Assembly: GCF_036971445.1 (NCBI RefSeq)
Contig: NC_091469.1
Coordinates: 317,688,001-317,752,000 of the forward strand
Direction: 5' to 3'
From: Narcine bancroftii
Lineage: Eukaryota
Length of the DNA stretch: 64,000 bases
Under the pieces are notes generated by a model that was not told the origin of the DNA, made no database searches, and saw only the letters and a list, made by a program, of their open reading frames with translations. A program made the position numbers and the translations under genes. How positions within the stretch are numbered: the first letter of the stretch is position 1; the number at the start of each line of letters is the position of its first letter. Positions 52,080 through 64,000 of this stretch are shown here, piece by piece.

Positions 52080-52500
52080 TTAATTCAACTGACCTAAAAA
52101 TGTTTTGACGCTGATTTTCGTTTGTACTCTGCATCTGATGCCTCTCATGCCAGTGTCAGCCAGCACTGATGTATTCCAGTTGCCCTGATACCACTTTTCC
52201 ATGGTTGCAATGTCCCGGTGAAACCTTTCACCATGTCCATCACTGACGGCACCAAGACCAGCAGGGAAGAAGTCCGAGTGCGAACGCAGAAAATTAATTT
52301 TCAGTGACATGCTGCACTTCATGGTTTTGCCTGCTAGAAAAGTAGACTTAAAATATGCCAGGAAATCACAAAAATAGGTTATATCAAAAAAATGGTACGT
52401 GATTGGAAAAATTCAAGGGTGATTTTTATGATCAGCAGCTCAAAATCCATAATTTTCACTCAAAAGTGTTCAGGAAGCAAAATCATTGTTGTTAATTGTT
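52080..52500 (-). mobile_element. DNA transposase C-terminal remnant (CACTA/Chapaev3-like)
   Basis: MSLKINFLRSHSDFFPAGLGAVSDGHGERFHRDIATMEKWYQG resembles the widespread SLKIHFLHSHLDFFP...SDEHGERFHQDI transposase motif; family assignment is from memory. Confidence 0.6.
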
Positions 52501-53589
52501 ACATCATATTTCTTATCCTCCACACTTCCAAGACAAATACATTTCTCATCCAGACATTTACCATGATAAATTATGATAAACATGCATGAGATTTTTATTA
52601 CAAAAGTAACAACCTCTGGACATGGATGGAATCTATCCATAATGGACATGCACCGAGCTATAAAGTACTCCAGCCCCTTTACATCACTGCCCTGACTTCT
52701 ACTCCTGGCGTATAAGCAGAGACTGAGGACCACAGCACCAGAGGTGAAGATGTGGTCGAGGGAGATGGAGGAGCGTCTGCAGACTGCTTTGAATCGATGA
52801 GGGTGAGCTGCTGGACACAGTCTCGGCAGCGTCTGATTCGTTTAACAGCTCAGCACAAGATGGTGGTCCAGTTCAGTTCTATGGCTTACCTGGTATGTTC
52901 CCTGATGGTGGCCGGAGAACAGGTAATCCTTCTGACCTTACACATGTGAAACACAGTCCATTCAATATGCATTTCCGGGTTAGTAAGTGATTGAATCTTG
53001 CCCAAGATTTAATATTAATGTCACTTCACCTGTTGAATAGCACATCCTAAATGGCATTAATTTAACATTAAACAATGAATTTCTTTCCTAACTCTCTCAC
53101 CACCTCACTGGAGAAAAATTAGTCCAGTTGTACTGATTTTCTTAAAATATTTTTATTAAATTTTACAATGAAGCCATATTTTTATAAATATAAAGAGGTA
53201 AGAAAATATACAAAAGAAAGAGAGAAGAAAATCTTTTCCATATTATCTAGACGTGGATGTCTTCCTACGATCGCTGGCAGATGTTGGAATCGACAGAATT
53301 AGCACTCTCTGTCGGGTCACAGGACCTTTAAACGGCCAATGTTCAGGCATGCCAATCACCGCGGGAGTTTTAAACATCCATCAATCAGGCCTTTTAAGCT
53401 TTGTGGGTGTCACAAGCAGCAGACGCTCAGTACATTTAAGCATCACGGGTGATTTAAAGGGACAGTGTATGGACTACTTAAACTCTGTGGGAACTACCAG
53501 AAGTTGACTCATGGGCCAGGTAAAGAAGAACTGGCCATGTGGACGTGGTTGGTTGGAGGGGGGGGGGGGGGAGAAACTACAGGCCAAAC

Positions 53590-54550
53590 AGATGCTGGGC
53601 CCTGAGGCTTCCACTGCCTGCCATCTTCCTGGCCAACAAACAGACCTTGATGAACAACCTGATGAATTCTAGGCCAGAGTTCAACATCAGAGAGACAGCA
53701 GGGAGTGCTGCGTGACGTGCTTTACAGGAACATAGCTAAATATGGACATTCCGGACACAGCACTACACTCTGTGGGCTACACCCTCCATCGCGCTGACCA
53801 AACACAGACATCTGGAAAAACCAGGGGAGGTGGTGTTTGTAATCATCAGTTCATCGTGGTGCACGGACGTGATGGTCATGTTCCAGTCCTACTCTCCCAG
53901 CCTAGAACATTCTGCCTGCCGAGGGAGTTCACTGCCATCATCAGTGTGTACATTCCGCCGCAGGCTAATGTCAGGCTGGCACTGGATGAACTGAGCACTG
54001 TGATAAACAGCCATGAGACAGGACATCCTGTTGCCTTCCTGATCATTGTGGGAGACTTCAATCAGGCCAACCTGAAGAAGACTCTGATAAACTATCACCA
54101 ACATGTCACAAGCGAGGCAAGGGGAACCAAGACACTCCTCCACTGCTACAACACCATGAAAAACACAAACCGAGCCATACCACAACTACACTTCAGCAAG
54201 TCTGATCACCTGGCTGTACTTCTACTCCTGGCGTATAAGCAGAGACTGAGGACCACAGCACCAGAGGTGAAGATGTGGTCGAGGGAGATGGAGGAGCGTC
54301 TGCAGACTGCTTTGAATCGATGAACTGGAGCATATTCACGAACTCACCCGTAGACTTGAATGAACATGCAACAGGTGTCACCGACCTCATCAAGACCTGC
54401 GCGGATGAGTGTACGCCTACATGCAGATACCAGGTGTTCCCCAACCAGAAGCCCTGGATTAATCAGAGAATGCGCAACCTGCTGAGGGTGGGAACAAGGG
54501 TATTTAAGGCCAGGGATTCCGATCTCTACGAGAGATCCAGGTACGAGGGG
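53590..54550 (+). mobile_element. Rex1/Babar-type LINE AP-endonuclease region, decayed
   Basis: GKTRGGGVC, VYIPPQA, IVGDFNQANLK, SKSDHLAVLL and FPNQKPWIN motifs. Confidence 0.85.
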
Positions 54551-55187
54551 GAGATGTGGCCATGCGAAGGAGCAAGCCAGATGTGTGTTGAAAGAGCTCT
54601 CCATGAAGATTGATTAAAAAGACAATTCAAGATCATCAAACCAAAACTTTTACATGCTTAAAAACAAAGGAATATCGGGAAAGAAAAGTAAGACCCAGAA
54701 AATTAAAAATGAAGAAGCTCAAACGTTGCCGAGATCGTTGACTAAAGAGAGTGGTGAAGAAGGAGCTGCCATGCTGATGCAACAAACCCAAAGCGATGGT
54801 GGTGTGGTGGGGGGGGGGGGGTGGTCGACACAGAATCTTCAAAAGTGCTGGAAATGCGATGGAGATTCTGGGTGAACAGTTCACCAAAGTGGAAAATGTA
54901 CTGAGAGAAGGGGCAGAGAAATTAGTGGTAGTGTCGATGGTGCTTTGAAAACCTGATGATTCATGTGGGCCAGGTCAAAAACAACCTGACAACAACTCAT
55001 GAAAAACTGAAGACCCTGGAGGAAAGCACAGAGAAATGGAAACTGCTGCTGGATAACATCGGCCAGATGGACAACTTCTAATATTCGAGTTGTTGGGTTG
55101 AAAGAAGGGACTGAGGGGAATGAACCAGTGATTCTCTGTTTGATTGTGGATGATTGGTGGTGCAATTTAATCACCTTAATTTTATAC

Positions 55188-57005
55188 CATGGACACGGTT
55201 ATACAGATGGAGAAATTAGACACCGACCCCAAGGATCCAGAGGCCTCGACTAAATTTGACTAGTGGGTGTAATGCCTCAATGCATTCGTGAGGTGCAGTG
55301 ATGCATGGAGTGAAAAAGACAAGAGGGAAGTACTCTTCTCTCCGGGCGGCCACTGGGTTTTCCAAGTGATAGAGCAGAAGCAGTAGGGGGCCCTGACGAA
55401 CATCATATACCTACCATTCCTCCTGGGCAGCTGAAAACAAGTGTCGGGTAAGTCAATCGATGAATACATGAGGGCATTGTGGCAGCTGAGGTGAACCTGC
55501 GACTGCTGAGAAGTCTCTGCAGCTGCCCACCTCGAAGGCGTAATACGGGATTGTTGCATGGCTGGGTTCAGCTCTGACTACATCAGACAGAGACTCCTGG
55601 CAAAGGGTGATCGGAGCATGCAGAAAGTAGTGGACTTGACTAAATCGCTGGGGACAGCACAACAAAGCACCAAAGCATTCTTCTCAGGTAACACGGCCGC
55701 CGTGTGGAGGACGCGAGTGCTGCCATCTTGGGACGCAGGGTCGCACGATACTGCCGCTGCCATTGAGTGTCAGACGTGCTACTTCTGCGGGTATGGGAAG
55801 CACCCCCAGAAGAGCTGACCAGCCCAAAGTGGAAGAAAGGGCACTACATGAAAATGTGTAGGCCCCAACTTTACCCCAGCAGTGCCGCGTGCGGCCGACA
55901 GCCCCCTTCACCTTGGACAGCCCCAGCTCAGATGCTACTTCCAGTGGCCGGGTATGGATTGACAGTGCCCTGGGGATGACAAGCATCACTTCCAGCTCCA
56001 CTTCTGGTGGCACGGAACAAGACCTCGTTCGCGACATGGGGGCGGCCATCTTGGCGAGCACCACCGAACCAACACAGTTGCAACTAGGACAGCGACCACA
56101 TGCTCACCTCCATCATCCTTGACCAAGTCAGCCCACACCAACTGGCCAAAGCCATGATGAGTGTTGAGGTAAATGGTCACCCTACGAACTGTTTATTTGA
56201 CACTGTAAGCACCGAGAGCTTCATCCACCCAGGGACTGTACAGCAAAACTTCCCCTTGGTGATCCCAACACAATGTAAGGTTTCCTTGGCCTCCAAATCC
56301 CATGGCCAAGATCAGCAGGACACGAAGTAGAGGAACTTTAAACTCCTGACCATGCCACACCTCTGCATGCCAGTCATACCGAGACTGGACTTCTAGTTCT
56401 AGCTACAGCGTGTCTGCATGCAGTTCAATGGCCCCCACCCACCCCTCACAAACCAGTCGACCCCCTGAACATGCCTTGTGGCCTCTCTACCCTCTAAGTC
56501 CCACCACCACCCCTGTTTGAGAGCCACATCCCCTGACTGCAAGCCGGTAGCCACTAAGAGCAGACGGTACAGCCCCGGGGAGACAGAGCATTCATTAAAG
56601 CAGAAGTCAAATGGCTCCGAGCGGAAGCGGTCATAGAATCCAGCACCAGCCCATGGAGAGCCTAAGTAGAGGTGGTAAAGAGCAGAGAGAAACAATGCCT
56701 GATCATTGCTGGACACCTACCCACTTCCCCCATCGATAGCATGGTCAAAGAGATCACCCAGTTCCAGGTTTTCTCAACCATCAACCTCAAGTCGACTTCC
56801 ACCAGCTACCAATCTGGCCAGAGGACAGCCCTTACACTGCCTTTGAGGCAGGTGGCTTCCTCCGTGTCCCTTTCAGAGTCACCAATGGGGTCTCTGTCTT
56901 CCAGAGGGAGATGGACCGCATACTTGATGACCATGGACTCAAGGCCACATTTCCCTTCCTGGACAACATGACCATCTGTGGCCATGACCAGCAGGACCAT
57001 GACAA
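55188..57005 (+). mobile_element. Decayed Gypsy element related to the 13410-17987 element
   Basis: Gag start MDTVIQMEKLDTDP resembles MERLTRPEKLDIDP; CYFCGYGKH knuckle; CLFDTVSTESFI protease; RT FPFLDNMTICGHDQQDHD. Confidence 0.85.
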
Positions 57006-57420
57006 ATGAATGAAATGAATCAAAGACACTGCCTTACTTTTCGTGCACTAATTTGTTTTAGATAGTAATGTTATAAAATGATTAGAATATGAACATTTGG
57101 ACTACAACGCTGCCGCAAAACACCAAATTTCATGTCAATAAATCCTGATTCTGATATCATAACAATCAAACAAAAAAAAGAATATAATCGAGTCATCATT
57201 TAATCAGTTTAAACATGTGGCTAATTTAAAAAATGTAAAAAAGAATTGATACTAAACTACAAATTCAATCCCCTTCCCTTCCAAAGTTATTTGGTAAATA
57301 CATATAATTTTACTACCATTAAAAAAAAACACAAACTCACAAAATCTAAATGATCTTACAGATTATGAAAAAAATTAATAAAAGGACCCCATAGACTTGA
57401 AAAATTTAAATCTATTAGAG

Positions 57421-59497
57421 CACGCATGTCAAACTCTGGCCTTGGCCCGCGATATAATTATATTTGGTCCGCAAGATCATATTAAATATATATTAGAGTT
57501 GGCCCGCTGGCCGCCGCGCCAGTATAGTGCATGCACACTGAAGGTGAAAATGAAGACGCGGGAGGTGTGGAGGGATCTCAGAGTCCCGAATCCCGGGGAT
57601 CGGTGCGCTGCACTCAGCCTGCCCGGCTCCCAGACGCACAGATGCAGCTGGAGTTGGGGACCATCCTCGCTGGGTCTGTGCTTCAGTGGCGACGCCGGAC
57701 CGAACGTCTCGTTGGCGATGCCTTCCCCCTTGCTCCGTGCGTGGCGGACCCTGCCTCCCGCTCCTTTTGTTGGAGAAGAGCCCGGCGCCGTGAGATCGCA
57801 GTTTAATCCCTCTCCAACCATGGGAGGGGGGGTGGGAGCAACGCGCTCTTCTCAGTCAATTCCTCCACTGCCCCGGATGCCGGCGTTTCAACGGGGGGTT
57901 CGGGTGCCTTCGTCAGGCGACCAACTTGTTGGTCCAAGACAAGGGGAGAGTGTACAAACTCCATACAGACAGCACCTGAACTCGGGTGAACGTGGAGCTG
58001 CGACCCCACATTCCACATCAGGACTGTGTGTAAGATTGGGAGCAGTGAGATGGAAGCTTATTTTGTTCCTGTGATTTAAGCCTTTCTTGGGGTGGGAGGG
58101 GGGGTCCTTCATTGACCACTTGCCTAACAATTAACCTAATCAGATGTGGAGTTACCACAATACAACAGTTCTCAACCTTTTTCTTTCCACTCGCGTCCCT
58201 GTGCCATTGGTGCTCTGTGATTAGTAAGGGATTGCTTAAGGTGGTCTGTGGGTGGGAAGAAAAAGTTTGAAGACCACTGCTTTAATCATCCCTCATTGAC
58301 TCGTCATGTGCACGGTTTCAGAACACTAAAGGAAATGGGCCAATGACAATTTTTCTCAAGCAAAATATTTCAGTAACAATTGGGTCTAGAGCAGTGATTC
58401 TCACCATTTCCTTCCCACTCACATCCCACCTTAAGCAATCCCTTACTAATTACAGAGTTCCGATGGCATAGGGCACACATGTCAAACTCTAGCCCGCGGG
58501 CCAAATTTGGCCCACGATATAATTATATTTGGCCCGCAACATCATTTCAAAAATTTATTAGAGGTGGCCCGCTGGCCGCCGCGCCAGTATAGCGCATGCA
58601 CAGTAATACAACAAATCCCAGAATGCATTGGCATCAGCCTGCTAATCACCCCCACCTCCTCTGTTTACGTTGCAGGGTCTCACCGTGGACTCTGGTTTTG
58701 GGGCCTGGCCGGTGTCAGGGGAAGCCAAGGCCGCTTCCCAGCACCCGGAACCGGAGGCCTCGGGCCTGACCTCGCCAGGACCGTTGCCCACTCCCCCTCC
58801 CTGCCGCAGGCTGATCCGCGACTCACGGTGATAGGGCTGCTGATCCGCCGAGATGCCGCCCTGCAGCGAGAGCCGATGCCCCCGCACTGTCGTTATCCAA
58901 CCTGATCGCCCGCAAACCCCGCCTTCCCGCACACAGGCCTGAGTAAATATTATGAACTTTAATCTCAGGATAAAACGATCTTCCAATAGTTTCATGTCAC
59001 AGTGATAAATATATTCCTGGTTAAAAATGGTCCTGCACCTGGATACAAGCTCATTAGGCATAAAACTTGAAAAGTGTGTAAATCAAAGGATATCTGTACC
59101 AATGGAAAAAGGGCATGGCAAATAACCCTGCTAGAGTTCATGCCCACAATCAATCACCCATTTGATTGTTTCAGGAATCATGTTATTCTCCCACATTCTC
59201 AATAGCCCTCAGATTTTACTATTCGACAGCACACTAGCAACATTTGACAAATCCTCTATAGAGAAATATTATTTATTGAATATTTTATTTCTCATTTGTT
59301 CATGCTTCTGGAAAGAGTTTATCCAAAACTATTATTAAACATTTATTTTAAAATGAAAAAGTTTAACATTACATATGTTAAAAGAAGAGAAAACATGCAG
59401 ATGTTGTTGAAAATTTTCAATAAATATTTAGTTCGGCCCTCGACTTAGTCCAAGTTTTTAATTTTGGCCCTCTGTGAATTTGAGTTTGACACACCTG
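57421..59497 (+). mobile_element. Composite non-autonomous hAT element inserted into a probable L1 3' fragment
   Basis: Left end CACGCATGTCAAACTC, right end GAGTTTGACACACCTG, 8-bp TSD TATTAGAG (57413-57420 / 59498-59505); a second left end lies inside at 58474. Confidence 0.85.
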
Positions 59498-60124
59498 TAT
59501 TAGAGGAACATCTGATTTTTTTTCCCCCAATGTTAGACATGCCATCATGCCATATAACCATTGGGTATGAGAAGGAGAGACAGCATCTTTCCATCTCATC
59601 AATAATGATCGTCTAGCAATAAAGGAAGCGAAAGAGACTACATGGGATTGAAAGAAAGTTAATTTCAAATCAATTACCTGAGTTGATAGTTGTACTGATT
59701 TGATGCGGGTTACATTGCAGAGCATTTTTTGCCTCAACTTCAAGTTAACAGTAAGTGACTCCTGAACACAGACCCTCAGTACAGATAGCGGTTGATGCAG
59801 CTGTGTAACTCTGTGATCTTTGGATGGTTCCCAGGGACTGAGATCATCAACCCGGTTAAGATGGCCTTTGGACTGCCTGAAACTTGTTGATCTTCCTGCG
59901 TAAGGAAATGTCAGCAAGTGAGAGCTGCTGACTGATCCATTCCATGGTGCGGGAGCTTGTGCTGAGGGATGCACTAATTCTCAGGGCAGTCACCACAAAG
60001 ACTTGGTGGGGAAAGTCCACTGGCCTAATCATTCAACATTACTGATGTCCTGCCACCTCTGGACACCAAGAGACAGGGTTCTATGTAACAGCCGCTCAAA
60101 TGCTCGTGGGTTTATTATTTAGAC

Positions 60125-60501
60125 CAGTGGTTCTCAACCTTTCTCTTTCCACTCATATACCACTTTAAGTAATCCCTACGCCCTAAGTGCTCAGTGATTG
60201 CTAAGGGATTGCTTAAGGTGGGATGTGGGTGGGAAGGGAAGGTTAAGAATCACTGCTCTGGACCCAATTATGACTGAAATATTTTGCTTGAGAAAAATTG
60301 CCATTTTCCCATTTCCTTTGGAGTTCTGAAACCGTCCACACATTACGAGTTAATGAGGGACGATTAAAACAGGGGGTTTAAAACTTTTTCTTCCCACCTG
60401 CATCCCACCTTAAGCAATCCCTTACCAATCACAGAGCACCGATGGCCTAGGGATGACTTAAAGTGGGATGTGAGTGGAAAGAGAAAGGTTGAGAACCACT
60501 G
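60125..60501. mobile_element. hAT-type MITE family A, complete copy
   Basis: Intact CAGTGGTTCTCAACC TIRs at both ends. Confidence 0.88.
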
Positions 60502-61179
60502 GCCTAATCATTCGACATTGATTACACATTACTGATGTCCTGCCATCACTGGACACCAAGAGACTGGGTTCTGCATAACAGCCTCTCAAATGCTCGTGGG
60601 TTTATTACTTTGAGGAAACACGAGAAGGAGCGTTGATGCTCTTTTAAGGGAAATGTATTGATTCGATGGCACAAATAAGAAACAGCAGGTCATCTGGCCT
60701 GTGGAGGCTGGTCCACCGTTCAATAAGATCAGGGACGAAAACCCACTTGCCCGCCTGCTCCCCATAATCCTGAATTCTGATCTTCAATGATTCATTGGGA
60801 ATGTGGACCCCTTGTATTTCCTGCCAAGATAATAAAATATAATCTGATAGCAAGGCACATGGATAAATCCATTGGGCCAGTGGATTTTCAGACAAGTTTT
60901 CATTAAAAAGTGCACCTCAGGTACACTTCATCGCAGCCCAGGGAAACGTACCAACAAGATGGCAGGGGAAGGCCACACATGAAGGTGGCATTTCACACAC
61001 ACACATAATTGACGTGTTCCTTTTCCTACATTACCCGGACCTGGGTTGGCAGAGCATTGTAGCTGCCAAGAGCGGTGATGCGACTAAATTCTCCCCTCCT
61101 CCCCCAAAGAGGGACAATCAGGTGCAGATGTACTAAATTGGGGTGGGAGGCAATGAGCTAGAGGTCCATTGGGAGGCAG

Positions 61180-61930
61180 CCTATCTCCTCCAGCGAGCCC
61201 AGTGGCTTCCTTCGCTGGAACAAAGTGCTGGGAGCGAGAGGAAGAGGTGGAGTCAGGCGGCTGCGGCTGTCGCGGCGGTGACAGCCGGAGCCCGAGTTGC
61301 CTGCGGAGCGTCGCCCATTGTGTCGCTGCCGGGCGAAGGATGCGCTGAGAACTGGGGCTGCATTTCGTCCCCACCCTCATTCCCCCCCACCACCACCGGG
61401 ATTTTTTCAGGGGGTCCAAGTGACGGGAGTTTCTCTGAGCAATTAAAAAAAATTACTGTTAATCTTGGGGGGCGGGGCCTCGGTTTTTAGGGACCAGTGG
61501 AGTCTGTGTCCCCCCCCCCCCCCCCCCCTCCTATTGAGAATGCGAGCCAGATGTGGGCGGCGGCGACCTGGCTGGTGAGTCCGCACCGCTGGGCCGGCCC
61601 GTCGGTTCCCCAGTCCCTCCCTTTCCCGTTTTCCTTTCATCTCGGTTCTTGGAATTGTCAAGCCGTGAGGGTATAACGTGGGCAGCCGCAAAATGGACGG
61701 AGTGTCGAGTAGGAAGGAGAAGTTGGAAGTGGCAGAGGACGAAGAAGTGGATCCGAGAATTCAGGTCATTCTTGATGTATTCGTGGATTCCCCCCCCCCC
61801 CCCCCCCCCTTCCCTTGGTCTTGTCCCGCAGCCAGAATGAATTGTGTCCTGTAAAAACCGAGTGATACGATTCAGGGTTACGAACAACCCCTTTTGGATT
61901 CGACAGTAACGTCTCCTCCCCGTGTCCTGG
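61180..61930. promoter_or_regulatory. CpG island / promoter of SH3BP5
   Basis: CpG-rich, GC box GGGGCGGGG at ~61468-61477, surrounds the SH3BP5 start exon. Confidence 0.7.
61693..61764 (+). CDS. SH3BP5: SH3BP5 first coding exon (MDGVSSRKEKLEVAEDEEVDPRIQ)
   Basis: ATG in aaaATGG context. EEVDPRIQ followed by a GT donor matches the end of SH3BP5 exon 1. It lies in a CpG island and fits the EAF1-METTL6-SH3BP5 synteny. Too short for the ORF track. Confidence 0.85.
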
Positions 61931-63706
61931 CCAGAATTGTTATTTCTCCTAAAACTAATGGAAGACCAGACTCGTTAAATGATCCAGTCTCGCAGCAGGA
62001 CACGTCTGGTAGCGGCTTTTGCCAATGCCTTCTCTGTCCTGGCTCACGGTGCACCCCGCTCTCGCCTCGAGTATCATCTAACCTTGTTACAATCTCAAGT
62101 CAGGTCCACCGTGTCAGAATTGATTTTTAACTCCCATTATTACAATTTGCAGGGAGTAGATCATCTATTGAGTACAGCAAGGCTTCCGCGAACCCCCATA
62201 TCACACGGTGATAAAGCTGAGAGCCACAAAGCCATAACCTGTCAATTCACGGCGAACCCGAACGTTAAATTCTATGCTGACCATTTCTATCACGTACAGG
62301 AAGCGCCCCTGCCTGCACTATTCAGTATATTCCTATCTCCCTACTCTTCTGCTGAGAGATCCTCGTTATAATTATTTATTATAGGTATGCTCCCTCAGTA
62401 TTTCAATCCTTGCTGCACCATCTACTCCCTTGTTATAATCTCCAATGATGTATTGTTTTCAGTCAGCCTCAATAGGTCACCAAGTCAAGCAAGAGGGGAA
62501 AATGCTGATCCTTCACTGTGTAGAAGCTCTCAACAATAATTCCATCTCTATTAGGTTTTGCATGAAAGTAGTGATTTACACTGAAGAGGAGTTAATATAT
62601 AAGTTAGAATAAAATCCTCTATCATGATTCATAACCAATATTTCAATCTAACAACATTTCTGACAATCCACTTGTTTTATTCTGTAAGACTACATTTTAT
62701 GATTTGTATTCAAGCCCATTATGTTTATAGTTTACAGTAACACTTCTATTAACTGCAGTACAGTCCTCATTACTGTAATCCAAAAGCTTTCTTACTTAAA
62801 TCATGGAAGAATCTGATTTTTATACTGAATAATGTTATAATCTGCAATATGCATCACTGTATTCCAGTCAACTTGCCCTTCAATATTTGCCAGTGTCATT
62901 ATCAAAAGGATGACTTGCATAATTTTAACTGTATTTGCAGAGTCAGTTTATTTATATTTCTTTCTTTGTTTACATTTCTCTCTTTTCTATATGTATCTTT
63001 TCCTGAGTCCAGTTCACTTACACTGCAGGTTGTTAGAAATTCTGTCCGGCCTGCAGGAAAAAGCCTCAGGGTTGTATGGGATGGCACTCTGATAGTAAAT
63101 CTGAACTTTGAACTTTATTCAAAAATCTCTCCCGTTGCATTAACAAGTTAAAGTTTATTGTCACATGTGGTAATGCAGTGATCGGGATTGTTTTGTGAGC
63201 AGACATCTTGTATGTAGTACAAGTAAATCCCAGCACAAAGGTTCAGAGTGAAAGAGAGATTAGTTAGTAGAGAAAAAAGCCGAGTGCGGGATTCATTTAG
63301 GAGTTTGGTGACAGCAAGAAAAAAGCTGCCCTCGAATCTGGTGGTTTGTGACCTCATACTGTGAATCTTCTTTAAGGAGAGTGTTGGCTCAGTCATTTGA
63401 GGTTGGAGTCAGAGGGGCAGCAAGTGAGTAACGAGTGGTTGGAGGGCAGTTTAAAAGGGTGCGGAGGTCAAAGGGTTAAGCTGAGTTTTGATTTGTGTTG
63501 ATTAATTTGGTAATTGAGTTAATTAGCAGGGCTCAATAAAAGGAGTGTGTGGCCGAGAGAAGGAGTGGATCTTGCGGCCTCGGCGAGCAGAGGCTGAGAA
63601 AGAGCTTGCTTGCTACCAGAGAAGTAAGGCCAGGTGAGATAGTTTAAACCTTTAATTAAATTTAGGTAATGGAGTCAGCTGGGGCAATGGTTTTCTCTGG
63701 TTAGAG

Positions 63707-64000
63707 CACACATGTCAAACTCAGGCCCGCGGGCCAAATTTGGCTCGTGATATAATTATATTTGGCCCGCAAGATCACATCAAATATGTATTAGAGCTGG
63801 CCCGCTGGCCGCCGCGCCAGTATAGCGCATGGACAGCTAATACTACAAATCCCAGAATGCTTTGCAAATGTGTTGGCGCCGGCCCGTCAGCCCACTAATC
63901 GCCACCACCTCCTCTCTTTACTTTCATTAGCATCTGTGACCTGTCGCCCAACTCACATGTAATAAACCCCTTACGAAAAATGGCCAAACGAAAGACAGAA
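63707..64000 (+). mobile_element. Left end of a hAT element of the same family as 57421/58474, with possible transposase start MAKRKTE at 63980
   Basis: Same left-end sequence as 57421 and 58474; an ATG with a basic KRK motif runs off the window. Confidence 0.7.

Noticed and set aside
57397-58905. 225-aa and 132-aa ORFs sharing RWPPRQYSACT
   Set aside because: The shared peptide is the translated hAT left end; no recognisable domain.

Overview
This is eukaryotic vertebrate DNA, probably from a cartilaginous fish (inferred from its CR1, Rex1/Babar, RTE, Penelope and hAT repeat content). It holds three conserved genes in the same order as in human. EAF1 (- strand) has coding exons 1-5 here and its last exon lies left of the window. 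METTL6 (+ strand) is head-to-head with EAF1 across a CpG-island bidirectional promoter and has a complete five-exon CDS. The first coding exon of SH3BP5 (+) sits in a second CpG island near 61.7 kb. Introns and intergenic DNA are dominated by transposable elements. Four observations stand out. (1) A young Gypsy LTR retrotransposon has no tRNA primer-binding site; a 14-nt sequence complementary to its own LTR poly(A)-signal region sits there instead (candidate self-priming), and its RT motif is YLDN, matched by FLDN in a decayed relative. (2) Two copies of one young RTE LINE family both carry twin-priming-type 5' inversions with target-site duplications (TSDs). (3) EAF1 intron 1 contains a three-level nest, Gypsy > RTE > Gypsy, with all TSDs readable. 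(4) There is a composite hAT element with captured DNA, and a LINE-derived 117-bp tandem array with dimeric higher-order structure. Gene and family calls rest on recalled protein similarity and splice-phase logic; no database search was run.
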